Source: Chloroflexota bacterium (GTDB lineage Bacteria; Chloroflexota; Dehalococcoidia; SM23-28-2; RBG-16-64-32). Taken from it: a DNA stretch of 56,868 nt. A program made the position numbers and the translations under genes. Positions 36,101 through 44,383 of the stretch are shown here, piece after piece (position 1 is the first letter of the stretch; each line of letters opens with the position of its first letter). The DNA lies in assembly GCA_005882715.1 (NCBI GenBank), contig VBEI01000094.1, positions 1-56,868 on the forward strand, read 5' to 3'. The notes beneath the pieces are model-generated. The model was given only the letters and a program-made list of their open reading frames with translations. It did no database searches and was not told the origin of the DNA.

Positions 36101-36886
36101 TTATTGAGCTCGTGAAGGCCCGCGGGGCTGTACCGCGACGGCGAGCGCCACCCCAAGAAAATAAAGCCCGATCAGCGGCAACGCGACAATCGTGCAAGTT
36201 ACTGGGTCAGGCGTCGGCGTGACCACTGCCGCGACGACGAATGCGCCCACTATCGCGAACCGCCACCAACCGATCAGCCGGCGCGCGGTTACGATGCGTA
36301 GACGCGCGAGAAACATGACGATCAAAGGCGTCTGGAAGGCAACGCCGGTCCAGAACAATAACCGCAGCACGAAGTCGAAGTAGCTTCCGAGCCGGATCTG
36401 TGGCTCGGCGATGTCGTTCTGGAAATTGAGCAGGAAGCCCAGGGCCGGCGGCAGCGCGACATAATAGGCGAAGGCAACCCCTGCGAGAAACAGCCCCACC
36501 GAACCAGCGACGGTGCCGTATAACCAGCGCTTTTCGTTCGCTTTCAGGCCCGGTGCTACGAAGGCGAGAATCTGGTACATGATCACGGGCATCGCGAGGA
36601 CAATGCTGCTCATCAGAGCGATCTTGAAATAAGTGACGAAGCTCTCGAACGGCTCGAGGAAGACCAGACGGAAGTCTTGGCTACGCTCCTCGGCTGGATG
36701 CTTCAAGAATCGCAACAGGTCGCCGGTGAAGTAGGCGGAGATGGCGAGGCCAACCACCACGGCGACGGAGCAGATGATCAGCCTTCGCCGCAGTTCCTGG
36801 AGGTGTTCCACGAGTGTTAGATAACGCTCGCTCCTCTCCGTTTCCGGCCTGTCTTGGGGCGGTCCGGGTGGCGCGACGCTCGTCAT
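36101..36886 (-). CDS. tatC: twin-arginine translocase subunit TatC
   Basis: 261 aa, six TM helices, N-terminal LTLVEHLQELRRRLI. It lies next to a tatA-like gene. Confidence 0.92.
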   Translation of the reverse strand: MTSVAPPGPPQDRPETERSERYLTLVEHLQELRRRLIICSVAVVVGLAISAYFTGDLLRFLKHPAEERSQDFRLVFLEPFESFVTYFKIALMSSIVLAMPVIMYQILAFVAPGLKANEKRWLYGTVAGSVGLFLAGVAFAYYVALPPALGFLLNFQNDIAEPQIRLGSYFDFVLRLLFWTGVAFQTPLIVMFLARLRIVTARRLIGWWRFAIVGAFVVAAVVTPTPDPVTCTIVALPLIGLYFLGVALAVAVQPRGPSRAQ

Positions 36887-36912
36887 GGAGAGTCAGTAGT
36901 CGGAAACTGCCA

Positions 36913-37296
36913 CTAGGGATGGGTCGAAGGACCGCTCGATTTCGGCGGTGGTTCGCCGCCCGGTTCGATTATCGGCGCCTCGCTGCTGGACCTGACCGCC
37001 GGCTTTTCTTGACTGGCGCGGAGAGTCCGGTCCACTTCGTCGGCGATATTGGAGAACCCGCCGCCGATGCTGGACCTGAACTCGTTCAGCTCCTTGCGGA
37101 CCTCATCGTACTCTTTCGTCAACTCCTGAAGCTCTTTGCGGATGTCGGCGGTCGCGTCGGTGGCGTAACCGCGCATGTAACGCACGGCCCGGGCAAGTTG
37201 GACCGCAACGCCGGGTATTCGTTCGGGCCCAAGGACAATAACGGCGACGATCGCCACGAGTGCGACTTCGAGAGGTCCGACGCCGAGAAAGTTCAT
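36913..37296 (-). CDS. tatA: twin-arginine translocase TatA/TatB-family protein
   Basis: 127 aa. MNFLGVGPLEVALVAIVAVIVLGPERIP (TM helix plus hinge), then an amphipathic helix. Confidence 0.85.
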   Translation of the reverse strand: MNFLGVGPLEVALVAIVAVIVLGPERIPGVAVQLARAVRYMRGYATDATADIRKELQELTKEYDEVRKELNEFRSSIGGGFSNIADEVDRTLRASQEKPAVRSSSEAPIIEPGGEPPPKSSGPSTHP

Positions 37297-37404
37297 CGCG
37301 CAGGCTCATTATAAGCTACGTTCTCGCAACAGACGGGGAGTTGTCCTTAGTCGCTCATTGGTTCGTCCCTTGCGGTGGGCAGGTAGGTATCAAGTATTGC
37401 GGAC

Positions 37405-37423
37405 ATGTAGTAGAATACTACAT
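37405..37423. promoter_or_regulatory. perfect 8-bp inverted repeat (ATGTAGTA-gaa-TACTACAT) overlapping a -10-like TAGAAT
   Basis: Read directly from the sequence. TAGAAT (37411-37416) lies 8 nt before the antitoxin ATG. This is a likely autoregulatory operator and implies a leaderless-type start. Confidence 0.5.
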
Positions 37424-37424
37424 C

Positions 37425-37739
37425 ATGAGTGATCAGCTTCTAACGGTCCGCGAAGTGGCCCACCAATGTCGCCGTTCAGAGGAGACGGTCCGTCGTTGGA
37501 TATGGAGCGGCAAGCTTCCAGCAAGAAAACTGGGAAACCAGCTTTTCATCTCAGTTGATGACGTGAGTCGGCTCGGCCATCAGGATACAGAGCCGACGCG
37601 GGAGTCGCGGAGGCGGTACACCAGAGATGAGCTGCTCCACCAGTTGGAAGAAGACCAAGAGTTGAGCCTTGAAACGTTGGCTACGTATGGGCCCATCGAC
37701 GTGGCGGGACTCGTGCGGCAAGTCCGTGAGGGAGCCTAG
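37425..37739 (+). CDS. helix-turn-helix (excisionase/MerR-like) antitoxin
   Basis: 104 aa from the internal ATG. LLTVREVAHQCRRSEETVRRWIWSGKLPARKLGNQLFISVDDV is the excisionase-type HTH. The stop is 2 nt before the PIN gene. Confidence 0.7.
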   Translation: MSDQLLTVREVAHQCRRSEETVRRWIWSGKLPARKLGNQLFISVDDVSRLGHQDTEPTRESRRRYTRDELLHQLEEDQELSLETLATYGPIDVAGLVRQVREGA

Positions 37740-37741
37740 AC

Positions 37742-38185
37742 TTGGCAGGCAGCGTCTGCATTGACGCGAGCCTCGCGATTTCCTGGGTCATCGGTGAGCG
37801 GTTTACTCCGTCCGCGCTGGCCATCCGTCGGCAGTGGATCGCGGATGATGTAGAGATGATTGTTCCGCCCATCTTTCGGCCGGAGGTAACCTCGGCTATA
37901 CGACTCGCCGTGTACCGCCGGGATGTAACGCCGGACCACGGACGTCGCGCGCTCGACCACTACCTCAGGTGGCCCGTGTTCCTCGTCGACGACAGCGACG
38001 ATCTTCAGCGCCGCGCATATGACATAGCAACTGCTTTCGACCGGCCGCGCGCATACGATGCCCAGTATCTCGCGGTCGCTCAGTCGGGAGGTTGCGAGTT
38101 CTGGACCGGCGATGAACGGCTAATCGACTCGCTTCGTGGGCGGTTGCCGTGGGCGCACTGGATCGGCGATTACCAGTCGCGCTGA
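37742..38185 (+). CDS. vapC: PIN-domain toxin (VapC-like)
   Basis: 147 aa, TTG start. CIDASLAISWV, AYDAQYLAVA and EFWTGDERL carry the PIN acidic residues. Confidence 0.8.
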   Translation: MAGSVCIDASLAISWVIGERFTPSALAIRRQWIADDVEMIVPPIFRPEVTSAIRLAVYRRDVTPDHGRRALDHYLRWPVFLVDDSDDLQRRAYDIATAFDRPRAYDAQYLAVAQSGGCEFWTGDERLIDSLRGRLPWAHWIGDYQSR

Positions 38186-38279
38186 GACTTCGCTTTCGAT
38201 ATCGCGAAGGCGGTCTTCCGGTCAGCTTTGGCCGAGCCTGCGCCTGTTCGCCACCTGTCTGCGCTAGGCGTGGGCAGGG

Positions 38280-38546
38280 TCAGGCGTCGTCGTCGGTAAT
38301 GCCGTGCTCCTGGATGTAGTTGACCGCGTCCTGAACGGTGATGATCTTTTCGGCGTCTTCGTCAGAAACCTCGATCGTCTTACCCGCCTTGCTGAACTCC
38401 TCTTCGAGCGACATGATCAACTCCACCAGGTCGAGCGAGTCGGCGTTAAGGTCGTCAACGAAGGAGGTCTGCGGTGTAATTTCGCCTTCTTCAACGCCCA
38501 GTTGTTCCGCTATTATCTTTCGTACTCGCTCGAAGACCGTGGCCAC
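38280..38546 (-). CDS. acpP: acyl carrier protein
   Basis: 88 aa with [19 protein letters not shown] (phosphopantetheine Ser). Confidence 0.95.
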   Translation of the reverse strand: MATVFERVRKIIAEQLGVEEGEITPQTSFVDDLNADSLDLVELIMSLEEEFSKAGKTIEVSDEDAEKIITVQDAVNYIQEHGITDDDA

Positions 38547-38564
38547 CTAGTACCTCCTTGGCCT

Positions 38565-38975
38565 TTAACGCGTGGTTAGCACACTAACGGAGCCCAGTAC
38601 TCCGTTGATGAACCTCGGGGATTTCTCGCCGCCGAAATCCTTGGCCAATTCCACGGCCTCGTTTATCGCGGCTCGCATTGGCACCCTATTATCGATGAGG
38701 ACTTCATATATCGCAAGCCTGAGTATATTGCGGTCAATGACGGGCAACTGATCAATCGGAAAAGCGGGGGCGGTATTCTCGATGGTCTTGTCTATCTGCT
38801 CCTTATGAGCCAGAACTCCGGTTACAAGCTCTTGGGCGAACTCCTTCACTTCTGTGGAGGGGGGGAACCTTCCGAACTGCCGGGCGATGGTCTGTTCCGG
38901 TTGATGTCCCACGCTATCCAGCTCGAATAGAGCTTGCAAGGCGGCTATCCTCGCCTTCCTTCTTTTGCCGCTCAT
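38565..38975 (-). CDS. nusB: transcription antitermination factor NusB
   Basis: 136 aa. RKARIAALQALFELD...DRNILRLAIYEVL...INEAVELAKDFGGEKSPRFINGVLG. Confidence 0.9.
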   Translation of the reverse strand: MSGKRRKARIAALQALFELDSVGHQPEQTIARQFGRFPPSTEVKEFAQELVTGVLAHKEQIDKTIENTAPAFPIDQLPVIDRNILRLAIYEVLIDNRVPMRAAINEAVELAKDFGGEKSPRFINGVLGSVSVLTTR

Positions 38976-38977
38976 GG

Positions 38978-39724
38978 CTAAAGGCCCAGTCCGCCGTCGA
39001 CAGCGAGCACTTGCCCGGTTATATACGACCCGCCGTCGGAGGCTAGGAACACGACAGTCGCGGCGATATCCTCAGGCGTGCCAAAGCGGTCGATCAACAA
39101 GCGCTGCTTTACACCTTCAACTATTTCCTTGCGTATGTCTTTCGTCAGCTCGGTGATGACCAGTCCCGGCATAATGAGGTTGGCCGTGATGTTGCGGGAG
39201 CCCATCTCCCTGGCCACGGCCCGCGTGAATCCGATCAGCCCGGACTTAGCTGCGGCATAGTTTGCCTGCCCGGCGTTGCCGGCAAGACCGGAGACGCTGC
39301 CGATGTTGATGATGCGGCCCCAGCGCTCACGCATCATCGGCCGCAAGGCGGCCTTGGTGCATAGGAAGACCGCTCTTAGATTCAAGTCCATCACCTGGTC
39401 CCAGTCCTGGAGGGACATTCGCAGCAACAGCGTGTCTCGATTGAAGCCGGCGTTGTTCACGAGCACATCCAGGCGCCCTAGGCCATCGATTGTCTCCTGG
39501 ACCATCCGTTCGGTGTCTTCCGGCACGCGAACGTCTCCGTGGACCGCCAGCGCGCGCCCGCCGGCATCTTCGATCTCCTTACGCAAACTGTGCGCCTGCT
39601 CTTCGCTCTTGTGGTAGTTTACCGCCACCGCAGCACCATGGCGTGCCAGATGACGGCAGATGGAGCTGCCGATCCCGCGCGAGCCGCCGGTCACCAAGGC
39701 CACATGGCCGTTCAGATCAAACAT
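38978..39724 (-). CDS. fabG: 3-oxoacyl-[ACP] reductase
   Basis: 248 aa. SDR motifs TGGSRGIG, NNAG and YAAAKSG. Confidence 0.92.
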   Translation of the reverse strand: MFDLNGHVALVTGGSRGIGSSICRHLARHGAAVAVNYHKSEEQAHSLRKEIEDAGGRALAVHGDVRVPEDTERMVQETIDGLGRLDVLVNNAGFNRDTLLLRMSLQDWDQVMDLNLRAVFLCTKAALRPMMRERWGRIINIGSVSGLAGNAGQANYAAAKSGLIGFTRAVAREMGSRNITANLIMPGLVITELTKDIRKEIVEGVKQRLLIDRFGTPEDIAATVVFLASDGGSYITGQVLAVDGGLGL

Positions 39725-40697
39725 GAGATGCGGCGGCGGGAACGGAGGGCCGATCGAGTGATATTAGCGTCAATTCTGGGAAGTCTCTTTTGAGCATTGT
39801 AATGAGCGTCTGTCCTGGGCCTGCTTCCACGAACGTACGGACGCCCGCGTCAATCATGTACAGGATGGACTGGTACCAGCGGACGGGCGTCGCCATCTGC
39901 AGGCCGAGTTCAGAGGTCAGGTCGGCCGCCGACGCGATAGGCTTGGCCGCCACATTACCCACGACCGGTATCGCAGGTTCCTGGGCGTTGACCCTCTGTA
40001 GTACGCTCTCGAAATTTCGCGCCGCGCTTCCCATAAGGGATGTATGAAAAGCGCCCGCCACCTTCATCGGCAGGCCCCTGCCTCCACGCTCTTTGGCCAG
40101 CCGGCAGGCAGTATCGACGACTTCGGGCGCTCCCCCGATTACCGTTTGGGTGCGGGCGTTGAAGTTGCATTGCTCTGCTCCGGAGAGCCGACATACGTCG
40201 CTCACGGTCTCTTCGGATAGTCCAACAATGGCCGCCATCGTCCCAGCGTTCTCGGTGCCCGCTTCTTCCATCAGCCGTCCGCGCTCTCGTACCAGCCGCA
40301 GGACATCAGCGAAGAGGAGCGAACCCGCTGCCACAAGAGCGGTGTACTCTCCCAGGCTGTGCCCGGCTACGAACGCGGGTCTCTTATGGAGGGTACGGGA
40401 GTCCAAAGCGGCAGCAAGAATCGCAAGAGAAGCGGTCAACATGGCGGGCTGGGCGTTGACAGTTCGAGTGAGTTCCTCTTCGGGTCCTTCGAAGCAAAGG
40501 CGGCTAAGCTTGGTCCTCAGCACCTCGTCTGCTGTCTGAAACACGGCCTTCGCGCTCGGGGACGACTGCGACGCCTCGAACCCCATGCCGAGCTTCTGTG
40601 CGCCTTGGCCTGGAAATAGCAGCGCCAGCTGAGAATCAATCGGGAGCTGGTGAAGGGCCTTGATCGAAACGGAAATATCGCTCTGCGCTTGCGTCAT
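39717..40697 (-). CDS. fabD: malonyl CoA-ACP transacylase
   Basis: 326 aa with FPGQGAQ and GHSLGEYTAL. Confidence 0.93.
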   Translation of the reverse strand: MTQAQSDISVSIKALHQLPIDSQLALLFPGQGAQKLGMGFEASQSSPSAKAVFQTADEVLRTKLSRLCFEGPEEELTRTVNAQPAMLTASLAILAAALDSRTLHKRPAFVAGHSLGEYTALVAAGSLLFADVLRLVRERGRLMEEAGTENAGTMAAIVGLSEETVSDVCRLSGAEQCNFNARTQTVIGGAPEVVDTACRLAKERGGRGLPMKVAGAFHTSLMGSAARNFESVLQRVNAQEPAIPVVGNVAAKPIASAADLTSELGLQMATPVRWYQSILYMIDAGVRTFVEAGPGQTLITMLKRDFPELTLISLDRPSVPAAASHV

Positions 40698-40709
40698 GCT
40701 GAGGTCTAA

Positions 40710-40907
40710 TCAGACGCGAGCGGCATCCTGCTCTCGAGTCAGCCGGCCGAGATGGCAGTCCGGGTTCTGGCAACGCCCGAACTCATCCAGGCGCATGCGG
40801 CAGAAGGTGCAATGAGTCGCGTCCCACCAAACAAAGTAGGTTATCGCGGCCGCGGCTGCCAGGATGAGACTGACCGGAACCAATAACAGAAGGAGTCCAC
40901 GTCGCAT
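40710..40907 (-). CDS. 65-aa membrane-anchored Cys-rich (zinc-ribbon-like) protein
   Basis: MRRGLLLLLVPVSLILAAAAAITYFVWW (TM helix), then CTFC...CQNPDC. It lies between rpmF and fabD. Confidence 0.45.
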   Translation of the reverse strand: MRRGLLLLLVPVSLILAAAAAITYFVWWDATHCTFCRMRLDEFGRCQNPDCHLGRLTREQDAARV

Positions 40908-40952
40908 GGTCAGGCGAAGTATAGCATGCGCTCATCGAGAGCGAGACGTGAT

Positions 40953-41159
40953 CTAGGTGCGTGGTGGCCGTCGCCGCGCCTCCCCGACAGCGAGCACGTC
41001 ACGCCCTCGATATGTGCCGCAGACGGGGCAGGCGTGATGGGACGGCCGCGGACTGCGGCACTGGGGGCAGGTGACGAGCTGCGGCAAGGAGACGCTGAGG
41101 TGCGACCGGCGCCGCCTCTTACGGGACGTAGAAGTCTTCTTCTTCGGCAGTGGCGGCAT
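40953..41159 (-). CDS. rpmF: 50S ribosomal protein L32
   Basis: 68 aa. PKKKTSTSRKRRRRSH...CPQC...CPVCGTYRGR. Confidence 0.93.
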   Translation of the reverse strand: MPPLPKKKTSTSRKRRRRSHLSVSLPQLVTCPQCRSPRPSHHACPVCGTYRGRDVLAVGEARRRPPRT

Positions 41160-41162
41160 CGG

Positions 41163-41690
41163 TCAAGACCCTTCCTTTATGTTGGCGTCGAGCCCAGCCA
41201 AGACACCCCATCGCTCGTCAAACGTTGGGGTGCACCCGCAGGACAGGACGTTTAGATCTGCGCCACACGATGGGCACAGGCCGACGCAGTCGGGCCGGCA
41301 GAGCGGCTTTTGCGGCTCTAACATTAGCATGTACTGGCGTAGGGATTCACCCAGGTCCAGCATGAAGTCGGGCCCAATGCGGAAGCCGTCGTCGCTGTTG
41401 CTCACGCGGATCCGTCTGGCCGTGCTCGCATCCAAAACGGGAATAAATTCCTCTTCGAACTCGATCGGGACGGCGCAGTCGGTGGGAATTAGGCAGCGCG
41501 CGCAGTTTTCAGAAGCTATCGCTGAGGCCTTCAGAGTTGCAAGGAGGCCTCGATTCGTGCGGACGAGCGTTAAGGCACCGGACAGGCTGCTTATATCGAT
41601 GTCTTCGAGACGAATCGCCGGTTCAGCCAAGTCGAAAACGGTAGCGGTTCCGACCGGCTGACGCAGTTCGTTGAGGACATTGATTCGCAT
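41163..41690 (-). CDS. yceD: YceD/DUF177 family protein
   Basis: 175 aa. It lies directly upstream of rpmF, which is the classic pairing. C-terminal CRPDCVGLCPSCGADLN motif. Confidence 0.85.
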   Translation of the reverse strand: MRINVLNELRQPVGTATVFDLAEPAIRLEDIDISSLSGALTLVRTNRGLLATLKASAIASENCARCLIPTDCAVPIEFEEEFIPVLDASTARRIRVSNSDDGFRIGPDFMLDLGESLRQYMLMLEPQKPLCRPDCVGLCPSCGADLNVLSCGCTPTFDERWGVLAGLDANIKEGS

Positions 41691-41755
41691 TGGAGTACCG
41701 GCAAGAATCGTGACTTGGATCGCTCTCGATAAATTCGGGAAGTAGTCAAGTCTTA

Positions 41756-41785
41756 TTGCAAAAGGCTCCAGCCTAAGTCTATAAT
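41756..41785 (+). promoter_or_regulatory. sigma70-like promoter for the DUF164 operon
   Basis: TTGCAA (41756-41761), 18-nt spacer, TATAAT (41780-41785), about 60 nt upstream of the ATG at 41846. Confidence 0.55.
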
Positions 41786-41845
41786 CCGCCTCCGGAAGTT
41801 GTCCATTCCATGCTCCTTAGGCCGTATGTCTTTGCCTTTGCTTAA

Positions 41846-42547
41846 ATGACGACCGCTCCTGATGTCCTTGCCCTGCAAGAGACTGATCAGGCCCTAGACA
41901 GGGCCCGGGCGAGGCTGACGGATGTCGAGGCTCAAATGGGAGAGAGTGAAGAATTGATTGCTATTAGACAAGACGTGGCAGTGAGAGAAGAGGTACTGAC
42001 GCAGCTTCGCTCCCGGCTCCACGACGCTGAGTGGTCTGTCGACGACGCAAGGGGAAAGGCGACCGAAGTCGAGGGCAAGTTGTACGGAGGAAGCATTCGC
42101 AATCCCAAGGAACTGACCGATCTCAATGCCGATTTATCCTCTCTGAAGGCGCAGGTCGCCAAGCGGGAAGACACGCTTCTGGGCCTGCTTGTTGAGATCG
42201 AAGAGGCGGAAGCGCTTCTGGGTAGTGAGCAGACGGGGTTGGCGGAAAAGGAAGCTGTCTGGCGGCGCGACCAGGCGGCGCTGCTCGGGGAGAAATCACA
42301 GCTTGAGCGGGAGATCGCCGATCTCGAGACAAGACGCCGGGACCAGTTGCCGGCGGTTGATGCTTCGAGTCTGAGGCTCTACCAGCTCTTGCGAGACCGT
42401 CATAGAGGACAAGCTGTGGCGAGGGTTGAACGGGGCATGTGCCAGGGGTGCAGGATTACGTTACCGATGTCCTTGCTACAGAAGGCCCGCAGCGGTATCG
42501 GGCTTGTCCAGTGCGTAAGCTGCGAACGAATTCTGCTTGTGAGTTAG
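41846..42547 (+). CDS. DUF164/COG1579 coiled-coil protein with C4 zinc ribbon
   Basis: 233 aa. A long coiled coil, then CQGCRITLP...CVSCERILL. Confidence 0.8.
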   Translation: MTTAPDVLALQETDQALDRARARLTDVEAQMGESEELIAIRQDVAVREEVLTQLRSRLHDAEWSVDDARGKATEVEGKLYGGSIRNPKELTDLNADLSSLKAQVAKREDTLLGLLVEIEEAEALLGSEQTGLAEKEAVWRRDQAALLGEKSQLEREIADLETRRRDQLPAVDASSLRLYQLLRDRHRGQAVARVERGMCQGCRITLPMSLLQKARSGIGLVQCVSCERILLVS

Positions 42548-42548
42548 C

Positions 42549-43946
42549 ATGCGAGCGGTCGGATACTTTCGGGAGACGGAGAGCCGCAGTCTGGCTGAAC
42601 AGAGCGAGTCGTTCCTCGAGTTCTGCAAAAGCAACGGTTTTGAGGCGGCTGCCACTTTCCTGGACCCCGGCTCGCGACCGGAAGCGCGCGGCTTCAGGCA
42701 GATGCTGGAGTTTGTTCGCCTACAGAGCCCGCAGGGTTTTCTACTCGTCGCAGTGTCTGATCTGATGAGCCTCGGAAGCGGGCCAACTGAGGCCGTCAGA
42801 CGCTACTTCCAATTGGCGAGTCTCGGCGTGCCGATTATTAGCTTGAACGATGAGGCCGATCTGGCCACGGACCTGCTTCGGATTTGGTCGCGCAACCGAA
42901 GCAATGGCAGCGTTGGAGAGCGTGTAAAGGCGGCCATGCGTCAAAAGGCCGTAAGAGGCGAGGTGCTTGGCCGGCCACCTTACGGATATCGCGTGGGGAT
43001 GCGCAGGCGCCTGGTGATCGTCCCCATCGAAGGGTCGGTTGTCAGATATATCTTTCGCCTTTACCTGAAAGATGGCCTCGGCATCCGACGCATTGCCCGC
43101 CGTCTCAATGACGAGCAATTCCGCACTCGGAAAGGTGGGCTCTGGAGCATGGTGACGGTGCGGGACATTCTAAGAAACAGAGCCTACGTTGGCACTTATT
43201 CGCGGTTCGGAGTGCGGGTTCCGGCGAGCCACTCGGCGATCATAGGCCAGGAGGACTTCCAGCGCGTACAAGAGCGGTTGGACCAACGGCGCCCAGTCTC
43301 GGAAGGTCGAAGGATGTCGCCCTTTTTGCTCTCGGGCATTACCTACTGCGGCTACTGCGGTAACAAAATGATCGGGGTCACCCGCAAGCAACGCTGGCAG
43401 CGGCGAAGCGACGGCATGACCCGGACGGCGCAATACCGATACTACCAATGTGAATCACGTACGAATAGAAGTCTATGCGATTATCACACCAGAAGGGCGC
43501 ACGAACTCGAGGAGGAAGTGCGTCGCGGCCTGAAGCCGGGCGGATCCCGGACGACGAAAACGGCCGGCAATGGTGCCCTGGCGGTGGGGGAGGCGGAGGC
43601 GCAAATCCGCCGATTGCGGGACAAGGCGAAGCGCCTGGACAAGCGGCTGGAGGAGTATCTGGAATCGGCCGTCTCCGGGCGGATGAACCAAGAGAAGTTG
43701 CGCTCTCTAGGACTAAATCTGGCGAGCGAGCAGCTGCAGTTGGAGGAGCGGCTCATGGAGTCGCACAAGCTGGCGGAGCTTCAGGCGTCCGAGGCCGAGA
43801 GGCGGCGGCAGCATGATAATGTGCTTCGGCGGCTAGGGGAGGACTGGGGTACCCTGGCATTTGGCGAACGGCGCGACTTGATCCGCACCGTGCTTGACCG
43901 CGTTGTTGTCAAGGACGATCGGATCGAGATGGTGCTCAAGCCCTGA
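42549..43946 (+). CDS. large serine recombinase homologue with degenerate catalytic motifs
   Basis: 465 aa. Resolvase-like N-domain, recombinase domain (PPYGYRV...IRRIARRLNDEQFRTRKGGLWSMVTVRDILRNRAYVG), zinc ribbon (CGYCGNKM...YYQC) and a coiled coil. The nucleophile region reads YFRETESRSLAEQ and the DRLxR region reads SDLMSLGS. Confidence 0.8.
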   Translation: MRAVGYFRETESRSLAEQSESFLEFCKSNGFEAAATFLDPGSRPEARGFRQMLEFVRLQSPQGFLLVAVSDLMSLGSGPTEAVRRYFQLASLGVPIISLNDEADLATDLLRIWSRNRSNGSVGERVKAAMRQKAVRGEVLGRPPYGYRVGMRRRLVIVPIEGSVVRYIFRLYLKDGLGIRRIARRLNDEQFRTRKGGLWSMVTVRDILRNRAYVGTYSRFGVRVPASHSAIIGQEDFQRVQERLDQRRPVSEGRRMSPFLLSGITYCGYCGNKMIGVTRKQRWQRRSDGMTRTAQYRYYQCESRTNRSLCDYHTRRAHELEEEVRRGLKPGGSRTTKTAGNGALAVGEAEAQIRRLRDKAKRLDKRLEEYLESAVSGRMNQEKLRSLGLNLASEQLQLEERLMESHKLAELQASEAERRRQHDNVLRRLGEDWGTLAFGERRDLIRTVLDRVVVKDDRIEMVLKP

Positions 43947-44362
43947 CTCAAAATGTCCAGAATCGAGTAGTCGTCTATACGGACGGCGCTTCCAGAGGGA
44001 ATCCCGGCCCCGCTTCTATTGGCGCGGTCATCTATGACACCGCGGGTCGCGAAATCCATACGATTTCGCGGCGTATTGGCCGGGCCACCAACAACGAGGC
44101 CGAGTATCAAGCGGCCATCGCCGGTCTGGAAGCAGCGCTGGCGCTCGGCGTCTCTCAGGTCAGCCTCCGTATGGATTCCGAACTAGTCGTTCGGCAGCTC
44201 GAACATCGGTATAAGGTGCGTAACCCGCGCCTGCAGCCGATGTTCGCGCGAGTAATGGAGTTGCGCCGCCGCTTCAAAGAGTTCGACGTGGACTCGATAC
44301 CAAGGGCGATGAATAAGCGGGCGGACGAGCTAGCGAACCAGGCGCTCGACCGGTCGAACTGA
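43943..44362 (+). CDS. rnhA: ribonuclease HI-type protein (non-canonical start)
   Basis: VVVYTDGASRGNPGPASIGAV, NNEAEYQA, MDSELV and NKRADELAN supply the DEDD residues. The frame opens at 43898 and has no ATG/GTG/TTG before the catalytic Asp. The CTG at 43943-45 overlaps the recombinase TGA as CTGA. The track shows only the C-terminal 63 aa. Confidence 0.8.
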   Translation: MTQNVQNRVVVYTDGASRGNPGPASIGAVIYDTAGREIHTISRRIGRATNNEAEYQAAIAGLEAALALGVSQVSLRMDSELVVRQLEHRYKVRNPRLQPMFARVMELRRRFKEFDVDSIPRAMNKRADELANQALDRSN

Positions 44363-44383
44363 TGCAGAATGATATGATGGATA

